Positions 1-9,619 of a stretch of 64,000 nucleotides of DNA are shown here, in pieces; the stretch's first letter is position 1; each line of letters opens with the position of its first letter. The position numbers were made by a program, and so were the translations under genes. Origin of the DNA: Actinomycetota bacterium (lineage in GTDB: Bacteria; Actinomycetota; Actinomycetes; Mycobacteriales; SCTD01); contig JAHWJP010000002.1 of the NCBI GenBank assembly GCA_019348355.1, positions 758 through 64,757 of the forward strand, written 5' to 3'. A model generated the notes under the pieces. It did not search any database, was not told the DNA's origin, and was given only the letters and a program-made list of their open reading frames with translations.

Positions 1-123
1 GTCGATGACCGCGTAGCGGTAGAACCCGGCGACGGTGGCGAACCGGCGTCCGATCGTTGCCTTGACTGGCCGATCGTGCGCACCGCGCACACTGGCCCTC
101 AGGACCTTGACTGCCGGGCTCAT
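1..123 (-). pseudogene. Tyrosine recombinase/integrase fragment, N-terminally truncated, runs off the window edge
   Basis: Manual translation of the minus strand from ATG 123 gives ...KATIGRRFATVAGFYRYAVID, which resembles the core-binding helix of XerC/D-like integrases. The preceding residues look unrelated. Confidence 0.55.
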
Positions 124-148
124 CGCCTACGCGACGCTAGCTCGCTCC

Positions 149-535
149 ATGAACGGCGTCACTGATGACGACCTGGATGCTACGGAGCAGCGGCTGGGCG
201 TCGTGTTCCCGTCGGACTACCGGGCGCTGATGCGCAGTCAGGACGGCTTCACCGAAGACGGCGCCGGCGCCACGCTGATGGTGAATCCGTTGAAGACACT
301 GGTGGAGACCAACGAGGAAGTTGCCCAGCACGTGCCTGAGTTGCGTCCGGGCGCGAACTTCTTCGGTAGCGACGGTAGCCGCGAGAGCCTGGTGTGGGAT
401 CTGAGGCAGACAGAGCCACCCGTCTACCTCGTGGACATCACGAACGCCGGGTGGCATGAGGCGCTACTGCAGGCGTCGAACCTCACTGCCTTTGTTGAAC
501 AGTTCCGAGCCGAGGGCGGCTTCCGCTGGAGCTAG
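149..535 (+). CDS. SMI1/KNR4 (SUKH) family protein
   Basis: DLDATEQRLGVVFPSDYRALM and FFGSDGSRESLVWD motifs. ATG 149 chosen over the ORF-track start at 35. Confidence 0.85.
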   Translation: MNGVTDDDLDATEQRLGVVFPSDYRALMRSQDGFTEDGAGATLMVNPLKTLVETNEEVAQHVPELRPGANFFGSDGSRESLVWDLRQTEPPVYLVDITNAGWHEALLQASNLTAFVEQFRAEGGFRWS

Positions 536-672
536 CGGCCCGGCAGCAGGCGACGACGAGGAAGGGCCAGTCGGCGGCGCGCCAGGTCGGGGCGACGTGT
601 GTCCTCGCCGAGCGCGCTGCTCGTTGCACCCGCTGCCGTACATCGCTGAGCGTCGTATTGGCCAGCATGACC

Positions 673-2049
673 TCACACCCCGGCGAGCCGGCGCCCCGAC
701 GGGCGCAGGTAGACCACCCAGGTGAGGGCGAAGCAGGCTCCGTAGAAGACCAGGAAGGCGATGTAGGCGGCGTTGCCGGCACCTGTCTCCAGAAAGCTCT
801 GGCGAAAGGCGACGTTGACCAGCACGCCGCCGAATGCTCCGATGGCACCGGCGATCCCGATGAGTGCGCCGGACAGGCGCCGCGCCTCGCGATCGGAGAT
901 GGTCCGGTCGGCGCCGCCCACGATGAGGGCAGCCGACTTGGCCCGGAAGATGGCCGGGATCATCTTGTACGTCGAACCGTTGCCGATCCCGCTGAAGACG
1001 AACAGTGCCGTGAAACCGACCACGAAAAGCGCGAGCGACTCCTGCAGCGAGGCAATCAGCACGACCAGTGCACCGGCGGCCATCGCGACGAAGTTCCAGA
1101 ACGTGACCCGGGCGCCTCCCCACGTGTCAGCCATGACGCCGCCGACCGGGCGGATCAGCGAGCCGAGAAGCGGGCCGAGGAAGGTGAGGTACGCGGCGTC
1201 GAGCGGCGTGGGGAAGTCGGCCGAAAACTGCACCTGAAGGACCTGTCCGAAGGCGAAACCGAAGCCGATGAACGAGCCGAAGGTGCCGATGTAGAGAAAC
1301 GACATCACCCACGTGTTCGGGTCACGGCAGACGTCCCGCATCGCCCGTTTGTCATTCTTGGCCGAGCTGAGGTTGTCCATCTTCCGCCAGGCCATGAAGG
1401 CGGCGCCGAGCACGAGCGGGATGTACGCGCCGATGAGCACCCGCGGGTGTGCCGCACCCACCGTTGCCAGCACCAGCAGGGCGGCGAGCTGAACAACGGG
1501 CACACCGAGGTTGCCGCCGCCGGCGTTGAGCCCGAGCGCTCGGCCCTTGAACCGGTCGGGATAGAAGGTGTTGATGTTGGCCATCGAGGAGGCGAAGTTG
1601 CCACCACCCACACCCGCCACCGCCGACACGACCAGCAACGTTGACAGCGACACGCCCGGCTCCAGCACGAACAGCGCGAACACCAGCGGCACGATCAGCA
1701 GCAGCGCGCTGGACACCGTCCAGTTGCGGCCCCCGAACTTCGCCACCGCGAAGGTGTAGGGCAGGCGCAACGTCGAACCGACCAACGCCGGGACAATGGT
1801 GAGAAGGAACTTGTCCTCAGGAGCGAACCCGTAGGCAGGTCCGAGGAACAACACGAGCACCGACCACATGGTCCAGACCGAGAACCCGATGTGTTCGGAC
1901 AGGATGGAGAAGATCAGGTTGCGCTTGGCGACCTTGTCACCACCGTCGGCCCAGAACCGCTCGTCCTCCGGACGCCAGTCGTCGATCCAGTGCGATCGCG
2001 CTGACGCGGACGCCGGTGCGTCGCCGGTGGTGTCGATCAGGGTTGTCAT
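673..2049 (-). CDS. narK: Nitrate/nitrite MFS transporter (NarK/NasA type)
   Basis: WRPEDERFW, GGNFASSMANI, GLNAGGGNLG and GIGNGSTYKMIP nitrate-transporter signatures; about 12 TM segments; next to the nitrate genes. Confidence 0.95.
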   Translation of the reverse strand: MTTLIDTTGDAPASASARSHWIDDWRPEDERFWADGGDKVAKRNLIFSILSEHIGFSVWTMWSVLVLFLGPAYGFAPEDKFLLTIVPALVGSTLRLPYTFAVAKFGGRNWTVSSALLLIVPLVFALFVLEPGVSLSTLLVVSAVAGVGGGNFASSMANINTFYPDRFKGRALGLNAGGGNLGVPVVQLAALLVLATVGAAHPRVLIGAYIPLVLGAAFMAWRKMDNLSSAKNDKRAMRDVCRDPNTWVMSFLYIGTFGSFIGFGFAFGQVLQVQFSADFPTPLDAAYLTFLGPLLGSLIRPVGGVMADTWGGARVTFWNFVAMAAGALVVLIASLQESLALFVVGFTALFVFSGIGNGSTYKMIPAIFRAKSAALIVGGADRTISDREARRLSGALIGIAGAIGAFGGVLVNVAFRQSFLETGAGNAAYIAFLVFYGACFALTWVVYLRPSGRRLAGV

Positions 2050-2080
2050 GCAAGGCCTCCGCTGTCGGGGTGTGGCACGG

Positions 2081-2134
2081 ACGCTAGGGAGGCGGTGTTC
2101 CGGGACGGTCGCGCCGGGAAGGACGGCAGGTCAC
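2081..2134 (-). promoter_or_regulatory. narK promoter: -10 TAGCGT plus candidate GlnR boxes
   Basis: Minus strand reads GTGAC-n6-tcctt-n6-GCGAC-n6-GGAAC (2134-2097), then TAGCGT (2086-2081). Fits the gTnAc-n6-GaAAc GlnR pattern at 3 of 4 sub-sites. Confidence 0.6.
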
Positions 2135-2140
2135 CTTGTG

Positions 2141-2167
2141 CTCACAGGACGCGACAGCACCTGTGCG
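2141..2167. promoter_or_regulatory. Candidate NnaR/NlpR operator
   Basis: CTCACAG-N13-CTGTGCG is a 7-bp inverted repeat with one mismatch, directly upstream of the narK GlnR boxes. Confidence 0.65.
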
Positions 2168-2168
2168 G

Positions 2169-3287
2169 TCAAGAGTCCGATGCCGCCAGGCGATAGCCGC
2201 GCTTGACGACCGTCTGCACGACCGCGCTGGCCGGGCCGAGGGCGGTGCGCAGCCGGGCGACTGTCATCTCGACGGCGTGCTCGTCGGCCGGCTCGTCGCG
2301 CCAGGCCGCCTTGAGCAGCTCCGGTCGTGACAGGACGCGACCTCCGCAGTCGACCAAGGCGGTCAGCACGCCGGTCTGGCGCACGGTGAGCTCGACCGTA
2401 CGTCCGTCGACCAGCACGTTGTGGCCACGCAGCTCGAGCCGGTGCCCGGCTGCGTCGACGCGTCTGGTGCGCCGGGGCGGGAGCTCCTCGACAACGGTAC
2501 GGACGAGCGCCCCGAGCCGGGCGCGCGCCGGCTGAACGGTGCAGACCCCCAGCCGCTCGAGCGGTGCGGCTGTCACCGGCCCCACGCAGGCGGCCAGGAC
2601 GTCACCGGCGAGCGCCTCGATCAGCGGCTGACCCCGGCCTTCCTCACGCGCGACGGTGAGGATGCTGGCGACGGCTGGGGCACTGGTGAAGGTGACGCAG
2701 TCGACCTGGCCGGCGGCGACCTGCTCGACCAGCCGCCGCAGCGGGCGGATGTCCTCGGCCGGAACCCATCGATACACGGGGATCTCGACAACCTCGGCGC
2801 CCGCCGCGCGCAGCGCGCCGGTCAACTCGGTCAGCGGCTCCCCGTGCAGCTGGATGGCGACCCGACGGCCGGCGACGCCCTGCTCGAGCAGCCGGGCGAG
2901 CACCTCGTCACTGGCCTCGCTGTCGGGTGACCATGCCTCGGCCAGGCCGGCGGCCCGGACCGCCCCTTTCGCTTTGGGTCCGCGGGTCAGCAGTTCGGAG
3001 CCGGTGAAGCGGGCGCGCAGCTGTTCACCCAGACCCCAGCCGTCCGCGGCCTCCATCCAGCCGCGAAAGCCGATACCGGTCGTCGCCACGACCACGTCTG
3101 GCGGGTCGGCGACGCAGGCCCGGGTGGCGGCGAGCAGCTCCTCGTCGTCCTGTGTCGACACGATGCGGATGGCCGGCGCCTCGATCACCCGTGCGCCGCG
3201 CCGGGTCAGCAGTGCGCTGAGTTCCTCGCGACGGCGGGCGGCGGTGACCGCCACGGTGAAGCCCGACAGTGGCTCCGGATCGGTCAT
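2169..3287 (-). CDS. nnaR: NnaR/NlpR nitrate assimilation regulator (HemD-like domain + OmpR-type wHTH)
   Basis: PLSGFTVAVTAARR HemD-like N-terminus; C-terminal DEHAVEMTVARLRTALG...VVKRGYRL winged helix; lies between narK and nasA. Confidence 0.9.
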   Translation of the reverse strand: MTDPEPLSGFTVAVTAARRREELSALLTRRGARVIEAPAIRIVSTQDDEELLAATRACVADPPDVVVATTGIGFRGWMEAADGWGLGEQLRARFTGSELLTRGPKAKGAVRAAGLAEAWSPDSEASDEVLARLLEQGVAGRRVAIQLHGEPLTELTGALRAAGAEVVEIPVYRWVPAEDIRPLRRLVEQVAAGQVDCVTFTSAPAVASILTVAREEGRGQPLIEALAGDVLAACVGPVTAAPLERLGVCTVQPARARLGALVRTVVEELPPRRTRRVDAAGHRLELRGHNVLVDGRTVELTVRQTGVLTALVDCGGRVLSRPELLKAAWRDEPADEHAVEMTVARLRTALGPASAVVQTVVKRGYRLAASDS

Positions 3288-3359
3288 GGCACAGCCTCCG
3301 TCGGGCGCGAGGGGTCGAAGACTCGGGATGTCATGCACTGGTCACTGTGAGGGCGGCAC

Positions 3360-3386
3360 GTTGCGTTCCTGTTTCCAGAGAGTGTC
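3360..3386 (-). promoter_or_regulatory. Candidate GlnR box upstream of nnaR
   Basis: Minus strand GACAC-n6-GAAAC-n6-GCAAC, followed by a -10-like CACAGT. Confidence 0.55.
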
Positions 3387-3428
3387 TCGTGGCCCTGCAC
3401 GGCGTGAAGTCCGCAACATGAGCACCTC

Positions 3429-3482
3429 GTCACACGTCCGGAACACGGGGGACACGGTCGCGGCATGGGCCGCCCGCACTGT
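3429..3482 (+). promoter_or_regulatory. Candidate GlnR box and -10 element of the nas/nir operon
   Basis: GTCAC-n6-GGAAC-n6-GACAC (3429-3455); CACTGT at 3477-3482, 7 nt before GTG 3490. Confidence 0.55.
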
Positions 3483-3489
3483 GGTCGGC

Positions 3490-5613
3490 GTGCCCACCCT
3501 GTTGCCCACCCCGAGATCCCCTGACGACCTGCGGACCTCGCCGCTCACGCAAGCCGTGGCCACGCACTGCCCGTACTGCGCGCTGCAGTGCTCGATGACC
3601 CTCACGCCCTCCGCGTCGACCGCCGTCGTCGAGGCCGGGGTCGGGGGGCTTTGCAGCAAGGGATGGAGCTCAGCGGCGCTACTCGACTCGCCCCGCCGCC
3701 TGACCTCACCGCTGGTGCGGGACGGTCGGCACGGTCGGCTGCGTGAGGCCGGCTGGGACGAGGCGCTCGACGTGGCAGCGGCCGGCTTCCGGTGGGCCCG
3801 GCAGCAGGCCGGACCGGACGCCGTGGGCGTGTTCGGTGGCGGCGGGCTGACCAACGAGAAGGCCTATCTGTTAGGCAAGTTCGCGCGCGTCGCGCTGCGC
3901 ACCAGTCAGATCGACTACAACGGCCGCTTCTGCATGAGCTCGGCCGCCGCCGGGGCGATGCGTACCTTCGGCCTGGACCGCGGCCTGCCCTTCCCGCTGG
4001 CCGACATCGGTGACGCGGGCTGCGTGCTCCTGGTCGGCAGCAACCTCGCCGAGACGATGCCGCCGGTGATGCAGCACCTGAGCCGGCAGCGCGAGTCCGG
4101 CGGGGCGCTGATCGTGGTGGACCCGCGCCGCACGCCCACCGCGGCCGCCGCCACGCTGCACCTGCAGGTGCAGCCGGGCACCGACCTCGCGCTCGCCAAC
4201 GGCCTGCTGTTCCTCGCGCTGGAGCTCGGTCACGTCGACGAGGACTACATCGAAGCGCGCACCACCGGCTGGCCGGACGTACGCCGCGCCGTCTCGGCGT
4301 CCTGGCCCGCACAGGTGGAACTGACCACCGGAGTGTCCGAGCCGGACCTGCGCGAAGCCGTGCGCATGTTGGCGGCGACGGACCGCGCGGTTATTCTCAC
4401 CGCCCGCGGCGCCGAGCAGCACGCCCACGGCGTCGACACCGTCTCGTCCTTTCTCAACCTCGCGCTGGCGCTCGGGCTCGCCGGGCGACCCGGTTCAGGC
4501 TGGGGCTGCCTGACCGGTCAGGGCAACGGCCAGGGCGGCCGGGAGCACGGCCAGAAGGCCGACCAGCTGCCCGGCTACCGCAAGCTGGACGACCCGGCCG
4601 CCCGCGCACATGTCGCCGCCGTGTGGGGCATCGACCCGACCGACCTGCCCGCCCCCGGCCGGTCGGCGTACGAACTGCTCGACGCGCTCGGCGAGGACGG
4701 CGGACCGAGCGCCCTGCTGCTCATGGGCAGCAACCCGGTGGTGAGCGCCCCCCGGGCCCGGCACGTGCAGGCGCGGCTGGCCGCCCTGGACTGCCTGGTC
4801 GTCGCAGACGTGGTGCTGTCCGAGACCGCAGTCATGGCCGACGTCGTGCTGCCGGTCGCCCAGTGGGCCGAGGAGGACGGCACCACCACCGACCTGCAGG
4901 GCCGGGTGCTGCTGCGTCGCCGGGCGCTCGACCCGCCGGCCGGTGTACGTACCGACCTGCACGTGCTCGCCGGGCTCGCCAACCGGCTCGACGTCCCGAC
5001 CGGCTTCCCGAGCGAGCCGGAGGCGGTCTTCGACGAGCTGCGGCGGGCCAGCGCGGGTGGCGCCGCCGACTACGCGGGTATCAGCTACGACCGGCTCGCG
5101 GCCGGCGAGAAACTGCACTGGCCATGTCCGTACGAAGGGCACCCCGGCACCCCTCGACTGTTCCTCGACCGCTTCGCGACCCCCAACGGCCGGGCCAACT
5201 TCGTCGCCGTGCACCCGCCCGAGCAGGTCGAGCCGGTCGACGCCGAGTTCCCGCTGCTGCTCACGACGGGCCGGGTCGCCGCCCACTACCAGAGCGGCGC
5301 GCAGACCCGGCGCATCGACGTGTTGACCGACGCGGCGCCCACGGCCTTTGTCGAGCTGCACCCGTTCCTCGCGGAGCGCCTGGAGGTCGCCGACGGCGAG
5401 CGGGTCCGGGTCAGCACCCGGCGGGGCGAGGCCTTCCTGCGCACCCGCCTGACCGACACGATCCGCCCCGACACGGTGTTCGTGCCGTTCCACTGGGCCG
5501 GGCGGCAACGGGCCAATTCGCTCACCAGCGATGCGCTCGACCCCGTCTCGAAGATGCCGTCTTTCAAGCTCTGCGCGGCACGCATCGACCGCGTTGCGGA
5601 GGCCGTGCGTTGA
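3490..5613 (+). CDS. nasA: Assimilatory nitrate reductase catalytic subunit (Mo-bisMGD, 4Fe-4S)
   Basis: THCPYCALQC...LCSKG Fe-S motif, DYNGRFCMSSA Mo ligand, GQGNGQGGREHGQ, and a C-terminal molybdopterin dinucleotide domain. Start revised to GTG 3490. Confidence 0.95.
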   Translation: MPTLLPTPRSPDDLRTSPLTQAVATHCPYCALQCSMTLTPSASTAVVEAGVGGLCSKGWSSAALLDSPRRLTSPLVRDGRHGRLREAGWDEALDVAAAGFRWARQQAGPDAVGVFGGGGLTNEKAYLLGKFARVALRTSQIDYNGRFCMSSAAAGAMRTFGLDRGLPFPLADIGDAGCVLLVGSNLAETMPPVMQHLSRQRESGGALIVVDPRRTPTAAAATLHLQVQPGTDLALANGLLFLALELGHVDEDYIEARTTGWPDVRRAVSASWPAQVELTTGVSEPDLREAVRMLAATDRAVILTARGAEQHAHGVDTVSSFLNLALALGLAGRPGSGWGCLTGQGNGQGGREHGQKADQLPGYRKLDDPAARAHVAAVWGIDPTDLPAPGRSAYELLDALGEDGGPSALLLMGSNPVVSAPRARHVQARLAALDCLVVADVVLSETAVMADVVLPVAQWAEEDGTTTDLQGRVLLRRRALDPPAGVRTDLHVLAGLANRLDVPTGFPSEPEAVFDELRRASAGGAADYAGISYDRLAAGEKLHWPCPYEGHPGTPRLFLDRFATPNGRANFVAVHPPEQVEPVDAEFPLLLTTGRVAAHYQSGAQTRRIDVLTDAAPTAFVELHPFLAERLEVADGERVRVSTRRGEAFLRTRLTDTIRPDTVFVPFHWAGRQRANSLTSDALDPVSKMPSFKLCAARIDRVAEAVR

Positions 5614-7052
5614 GGCGCGTCGTGGTGGTCGGCAACGGTATGGCCGGCGCGCGCTTCGTCGACGAGCTGTGCAAGCGCGACCCGGCGACCCTGGTGACCG
5701 TGTTCGGCGCGGAGGATCGCCCTGCCTACAACCGGATCCTGCTGTCCGACGTGCTCGCCGGCAAGCGCAGGCACGACGAGATCGCCTTGACCGAGGCGCC
5801 CGGTCGGGTGATCCAGCGGCTCGGCACGGCGGTCCGCAGCATCGATCTGACGGCTCGCACGGTCCTTGCGGCTGACGGCGCCACGACGCCGTACGACGCG
5901 CTCGTGCTCGCCACCGGCTCCACTGCGCTGATCCCTCCGGTGCAGGGCATCGCGGGCTCTGACGGCCTGTTGCTGGGTGGGGTTCACGTCTTCCGTACGC
6001 TCGACGACTGCGAGGCCATCAGTGCCGCAGCCGGCAAGGCGAAGGTCGCCGCCGTCGTCGGAGGCGGGCTGCTCGGTCTCGAGGCGGCGCGTGGCCTGCT
6101 GCAGCACGGACTGCAGGTCGAGGTCGTGCACGGCATGGGGCACCTGATGGAGACCCAGCTCGATCCCACCGGAGGGGCAGTGCTCCGCCGGGCGGTCGAG
6201 GCGCTCGGCGTCGGGGTGCATCTGGGTTCGTTCGCCTCGGGAGTCACCGGCGGCCGGTCGGTCACCGGCGTCCGGCTCGCCGACGGTCGGCACGTCGCCG
6301 CCGACCTGGTCGTGCTGGCCTGCGGCATCCGTCCCCAGGTCGACCTGGCCCGCGCGGCCGGGCTGGGCGTCGGGCGCGCGATCCTCGTCGACGACGCGCT
6401 GCGCACCGACGACCCGCACGTGTTCGCGATCGGCGAGTGCGCGCAGCACCGCGACCAGGTCTACGGCCTGGTCGCGCCCGCCTGGGAGCAGGCAGCGGTG
6501 CTCGCCGACCTGCTCACCGGTCGGGTCGCGACCTACACCGGCTCCCGGCGGGTCACCCGGCTCAAGGCGATGGACCTCGAGGTCGCCGCGATGGGTGACA
6601 CGACCCCGGAGCTCGCCGACTGCGGGGGCGAGGTCGAGGTGCTGTCCTACGCCGATCCGGTGCGCCACGTCTACAAGAAGCTCGTCGTGCGCAACGGCGT
6701 CGTCACCGGAGCGATCCTGCTCGGCGACCTGTCGACGGCGGGTCCGGTGACGCAGGCCTTCGACCGCGCGACGCCGCTGCCGGCGGAGCGGTTGCACCTG
6801 CTGTTCTCGGGCCTCGGCACCGTCGCCCCGGTCGACCCGGCGACCCTCGCCGACGACGCCCTGGTCTGCACCTGCAATCAGGTTACGGCCGGCGCGATCC
6901 GCGAGAGCGGCTGCCGCACCGTCGCCGAGGTCGCGCTCGCCACCCGCGCCTCGACCGGTTGCGGCGGCTGCCGTGGCCTGGTGGAAGGGCTGCTCGCCTG
7001 CACCGCTCCACCCCGCCGGTCACGGCCAGAACCTGAGCGGAGAAGCGCATGA
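5610..7052 (+). CDS. Nitrate reductase electron-transfer subunit (NasB/short NirB-like FAD/NADH oxidoreductase with BFD 2Fe-2S)
   Basis: VVVGNGMAG, GGGLLGLEAA, VCTCNQVT...TGCGGC; TTG start overlaps the nasA stop. Confidence 0.9.
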   Translation: MRRVVVVGNGMAGARFVDELCKRDPATLVTVFGAEDRPAYNRILLSDVLAGKRRHDEIALTEAPGRVIQRLGTAVRSIDLTARTVLAADGATTPYDALVLATGSTALIPPVQGIAGSDGLLLGGVHVFRTLDDCEAISAAAGKAKVAAVVGGGLLGLEAARGLLQHGLQVEVVHGMGHLMETQLDPTGGAVLRRAVEALGVGVHLGSFASGVTGGRSVTGVRLADGRHVAADLVVLACGIRPQVDLARAAGLGVGRAILVDDALRTDDPHVFAIGECAQHRDQVYGLVAPAWEQAAVLADLLTGRVATYTGSRRVTRLKAMDLEVAAMGDTTPELADCGGEVEVLSYADPVRHVYKKLVVRNGVVTGAILLGDLSTAGPVTQAFDRATPLPAERLHLLFSGLGTVAPVDPATLADDALVCTCNQVTAGAIRESGCRTVAEVALATRASTGCGGCRGLVEGLLACTAPPRRSRPEPERRSA

Positions 7053-9619
7053 CACGCAAGACTCTGGTTGTCATCGGCCACGGCATGGTCGGTCACCGGC
7101 TCGTCGAGCTGGCCGTCGAGCGGGGCCTGGTCGACGCGGAGGACCCGGGCGGCTGGGACGTCGTCGTGCACGCCGCCGAGTCGGTGCCCGCCTACGACCG
7201 GGTCGGCCTGTCGTCCTGGTTCCGTGGCACGACCGCCGAGGAGCTGTGCCTGGTTCCTGACGGCTTCTTCGACCACCCGGCACTCGACCTGCGCCTGTCC
7301 GACCCGGTCGTCGCCGTCGACGTCGCTGCCCGCACCGTCACGTCGTCGTGCGGGACCGTCACGCCGTACGACGCGCTCGTGCTCGCCACCGGCTCGACGG
7401 CCTTCGTGCCGCCCGTCCCGGGAGCCACCGGGCCGGGCCGCTTCGTCTACCGCACCCTCGACGATCTCGAGCAGATCCGGGCCGCCGCGCAGGGCGCCCG
7501 CTCCGGTGCCGTCATCGGCGGTGGCCTGCTCGGTCTGGAGGCCGCGGACGCGCTGCGCTCGCTGGGTCTGGACACGACCGTGGTGGAGTTCGCCCCCCGG
7601 CTCATGCCGGTGCAGGTGGACGAGGCCGGCGGCCAGGCGCTGCGCCGGCTCGTCGAGGACCTCGGCGTCTGGGTCCGCACCTCGGCGGCGACGCAGGTGA
7701 TCGAGCAGACGGACGCCGGCCTGCGCATGGTGTTCGCCGAGGGCGACCCGCTCGACGTCGACCTCGTGGTGTTCTCCGCCGGCATCCGCCCCGACGACGC
7801 GCTCGCCCGGCGGACCGGTCTGATGACCGCCGAGCGCGGCGGCGTCCTCGTTGACGAAGCCTGCCTAGCAAGCGCTCCCGATGTCTACGCGGTCGGCGAG
7901 TGCGCCAGCGCCGCCGGTCGCTGCTGGGGCTTGGTGGCACCCGGCTACGCCCAGGCCGAGATCGTCGTGGACCGCCTGCTCGGTGGTGAACGAACGTTCA
8001 CGGGCGCCGACCTGTCGACCAGGCTGAAGCTGATGGGCATCGACGTCGCGAGCTTCGGCGACGCGCACGCACTCACCCCCGGCGCCCTCGAGCTGGTCTA
8101 CGCCGACCCGGTGGCCGGGGTCTACGCCAAGCTGGTCGTCACCGACGACGCCCGCCACCTGCTCGGCGGCATCCTCGTCGGCGACGCCTCGGCCTACCCG
8201 GTCCTGCGCCCGCTAACCGGCACCGACGTCGTCCTGCCCGGGAGCCCTGCCGACCTGCTGCTGCCCCGGCGCGACGGCGCGCCCGCAGGCCTGGGGGCGT
8301 CGACGCTGCCGGCCACCGCGCAGGTCTGCTCCTGCCGGGCCGTGAGCAAGGCCGAGATCTGCACCGCCGTAAGCGATGGTGGCTGCCGCGACGTCGCCGG
8401 AGTCAAGGCGTGCACCGGCGCCGGCACGGTCTGCGGCTCGTGCGTCGGACTGGTCAAGGACCTCGTCAAGGACGAGCTGGCCGGGCTCGGCGTCGCCATG
8501 AGCACGGCGCTGTGCGAACACTTCGAGCTCAGCCGCGCCGGGATGTTCGAGGTCGTCCGGGTCAAGGGCATCCGCACCTGGTCGCAGCTGCTGGCAGAGC
8601 ACGGCCGGGGGCGGGGCTGCGACATCTGCAAGCCCACCGCCGCGTCCATCCTTGCCAGCCTCGACAGCGGCTACGTCCTCGACGGCGAGCGCGGCGGGTT
8701 GCAGGACACCAACGACCACATGCTCGCCAACCTGCAGAAGGACGGCACGTACTCCGTCGTGCCGCGCATCCCGGGCGGCGAGGTCACCCCGGAGCACCTC
8801 ATCGTGATCGGCGAGGTGGCCCGCGACTTCTCGCTCTACACGAAGATCACCGGCGGTCAGCGGATCGACCTGTTCGGGGCCCGCGTTGAGCAACTCCCGC
8901 TGATCTGGCGGCGACTGGTCGACGCCGGCATGGAGAGCGGCCACGCCTACGGGAAATCGTTGCGCACGGTGAAGTCGTGCGTCGGTCAGACCTGGTGCCG
9001 GTTCGGCGTGCAGGACTCGACGTCGCTCGCCATCGAGCTGGAGCTGCGCTACCGCGGCCTGCGCAGTCCGCACAAGGTGAAGATGGGCGTCAGCGGCTGC
9101 GCGCGCGAGTGCGCCGAAGCACGCAGCAAGGACTTCGGCGTCATTGCGACGGAAAGCGGCTGGAACCTCTACGTCGGCGGCAACGGCGGCTTCCGGCCGC
9201 GGCATGCAGACCTGTTCCTGCAGGACGTCGACACCGCGACGCTGGTCCGCACCATCGACCGGGTGCTCATGCTCTACGTGTTCACCGCCGACCGCCTGCA
9301 GCGCACCGCCCCGTGGATCGAGGCGATGGAGGGCGGGCTGGACCACCTGCGCGCCGTGGTCTTGGACGACAGCCTCGGCCTGTGCGCCGAGCTCGACGCG
9401 GCCATGACGCGGCACGTCGCGACCTACAGCGACGAGTGGGCGGACACCCTCGCCGACCCCGACCGGCTGGCCCGCTTCACCTCCTTCGTCAACGCCCCCG
9501 ACGAGCCCGACCCGAGCATCGCGTTCGTGCGGGAGCGGGGGCAGATCCGACCGGCCCGATCCGATGAGAAGGGTCCGGCCCTCGTGGCCGGACCGGTCCT
9601 GGAAGTGGTGCGCGCATGA
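7049..9619 (+). CDS. nirB: NADH-dependent nitrite reductase large subunit
   Basis: FAD/NAD folds, BFD Cys motifs, KSCVGQTWCRFG and SGCARECAEA siroheme/4Fe-4S ligands. Confidence 0.97.
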   Translation: MTRKTLVVIGHGMVGHRLVELAVERGLVDAEDPGGWDVVVHAAESVPAYDRVGLSSWFRGTTAEELCLVPDGFFDHPALDLRLSDPVVAVDVAARTVTSSCGTVTPYDALVLATGSTAFVPPVPGATGPGRFVYRTLDDLEQIRAAAQGARSGAVIGGGLLGLEAADALRSLGLDTTVVEFAPRLMPVQVDEAGGQALRRLVEDLGVWVRTSAATQVIEQTDAGLRMVFAEGDPLDVDLVVFSAGIRPDDALARRTGLMTAERGGVLVDEACLASAPDVYAVGECASAAGRCWGLVAPGYAQAEIVVDRLLGGERTFTGADLSTRLKLMGIDVASFGDAHALTPGALELVYADPVAGVYAKLVVTDDARHLLGGILVGDASAYPVLRPLTGTDVVLPGSPADLLLPRRDGAPAGLGASTLPATAQVCSCRAVSKAEICTAVSDGGCRDVAGVKACTGAGTVCGSCVGLVKDLVKDELAGLGVAMSTALCEHFELSRAGMFEVVRVKGIRTWSQLLAEHGRGRGCDICKPTAASILASLDSGYVLDGERGGLQDTNDHMLANLQKDGTYSVVPRIPGGEVTPEHLIVIGEVARDFSLYTKITGGQRIDLFGARVEQLPLIWRRLVDAGMESGHAYGKSLRTVKSCVGQTWCRFGVQDSTSLAIELELRYRGLRSPHKVKMGVSGCARECAEARSKDFGVIATESGWNLYVGGNGGFRPRHADLFLQDVDTATLVRTIDRVLMLYVFTADRLQRTAPWIEAMEGGLDHLRAVVLDDSLGLCAELDAAMTRHVATYSDEWADTLADPDRLARFTSFVNAPDEPDPSIAFVRERGQIRPARSDEKGPALVAGPVLEVVRA

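Noticed and set aside
536..672. Short ORFs between the SMI1 gene and narK
   Set aside because: No recognisable motif or RBS.
2656..3489. Long N-terminal extensions in the ORF track (nasA, nasB-like, LLM, uppP, VWA and others)
   Set aside because: They overlap neighbouring real genes. Family similarity begins at the downstream starts.
5886..7395. Exact 35-bp direct repeat at 5886-5920 and 7361-7395
   Set aside because: It encodes the conserved TPYDALVLATGS motif in two paralogs, and codon bias explains the identity.
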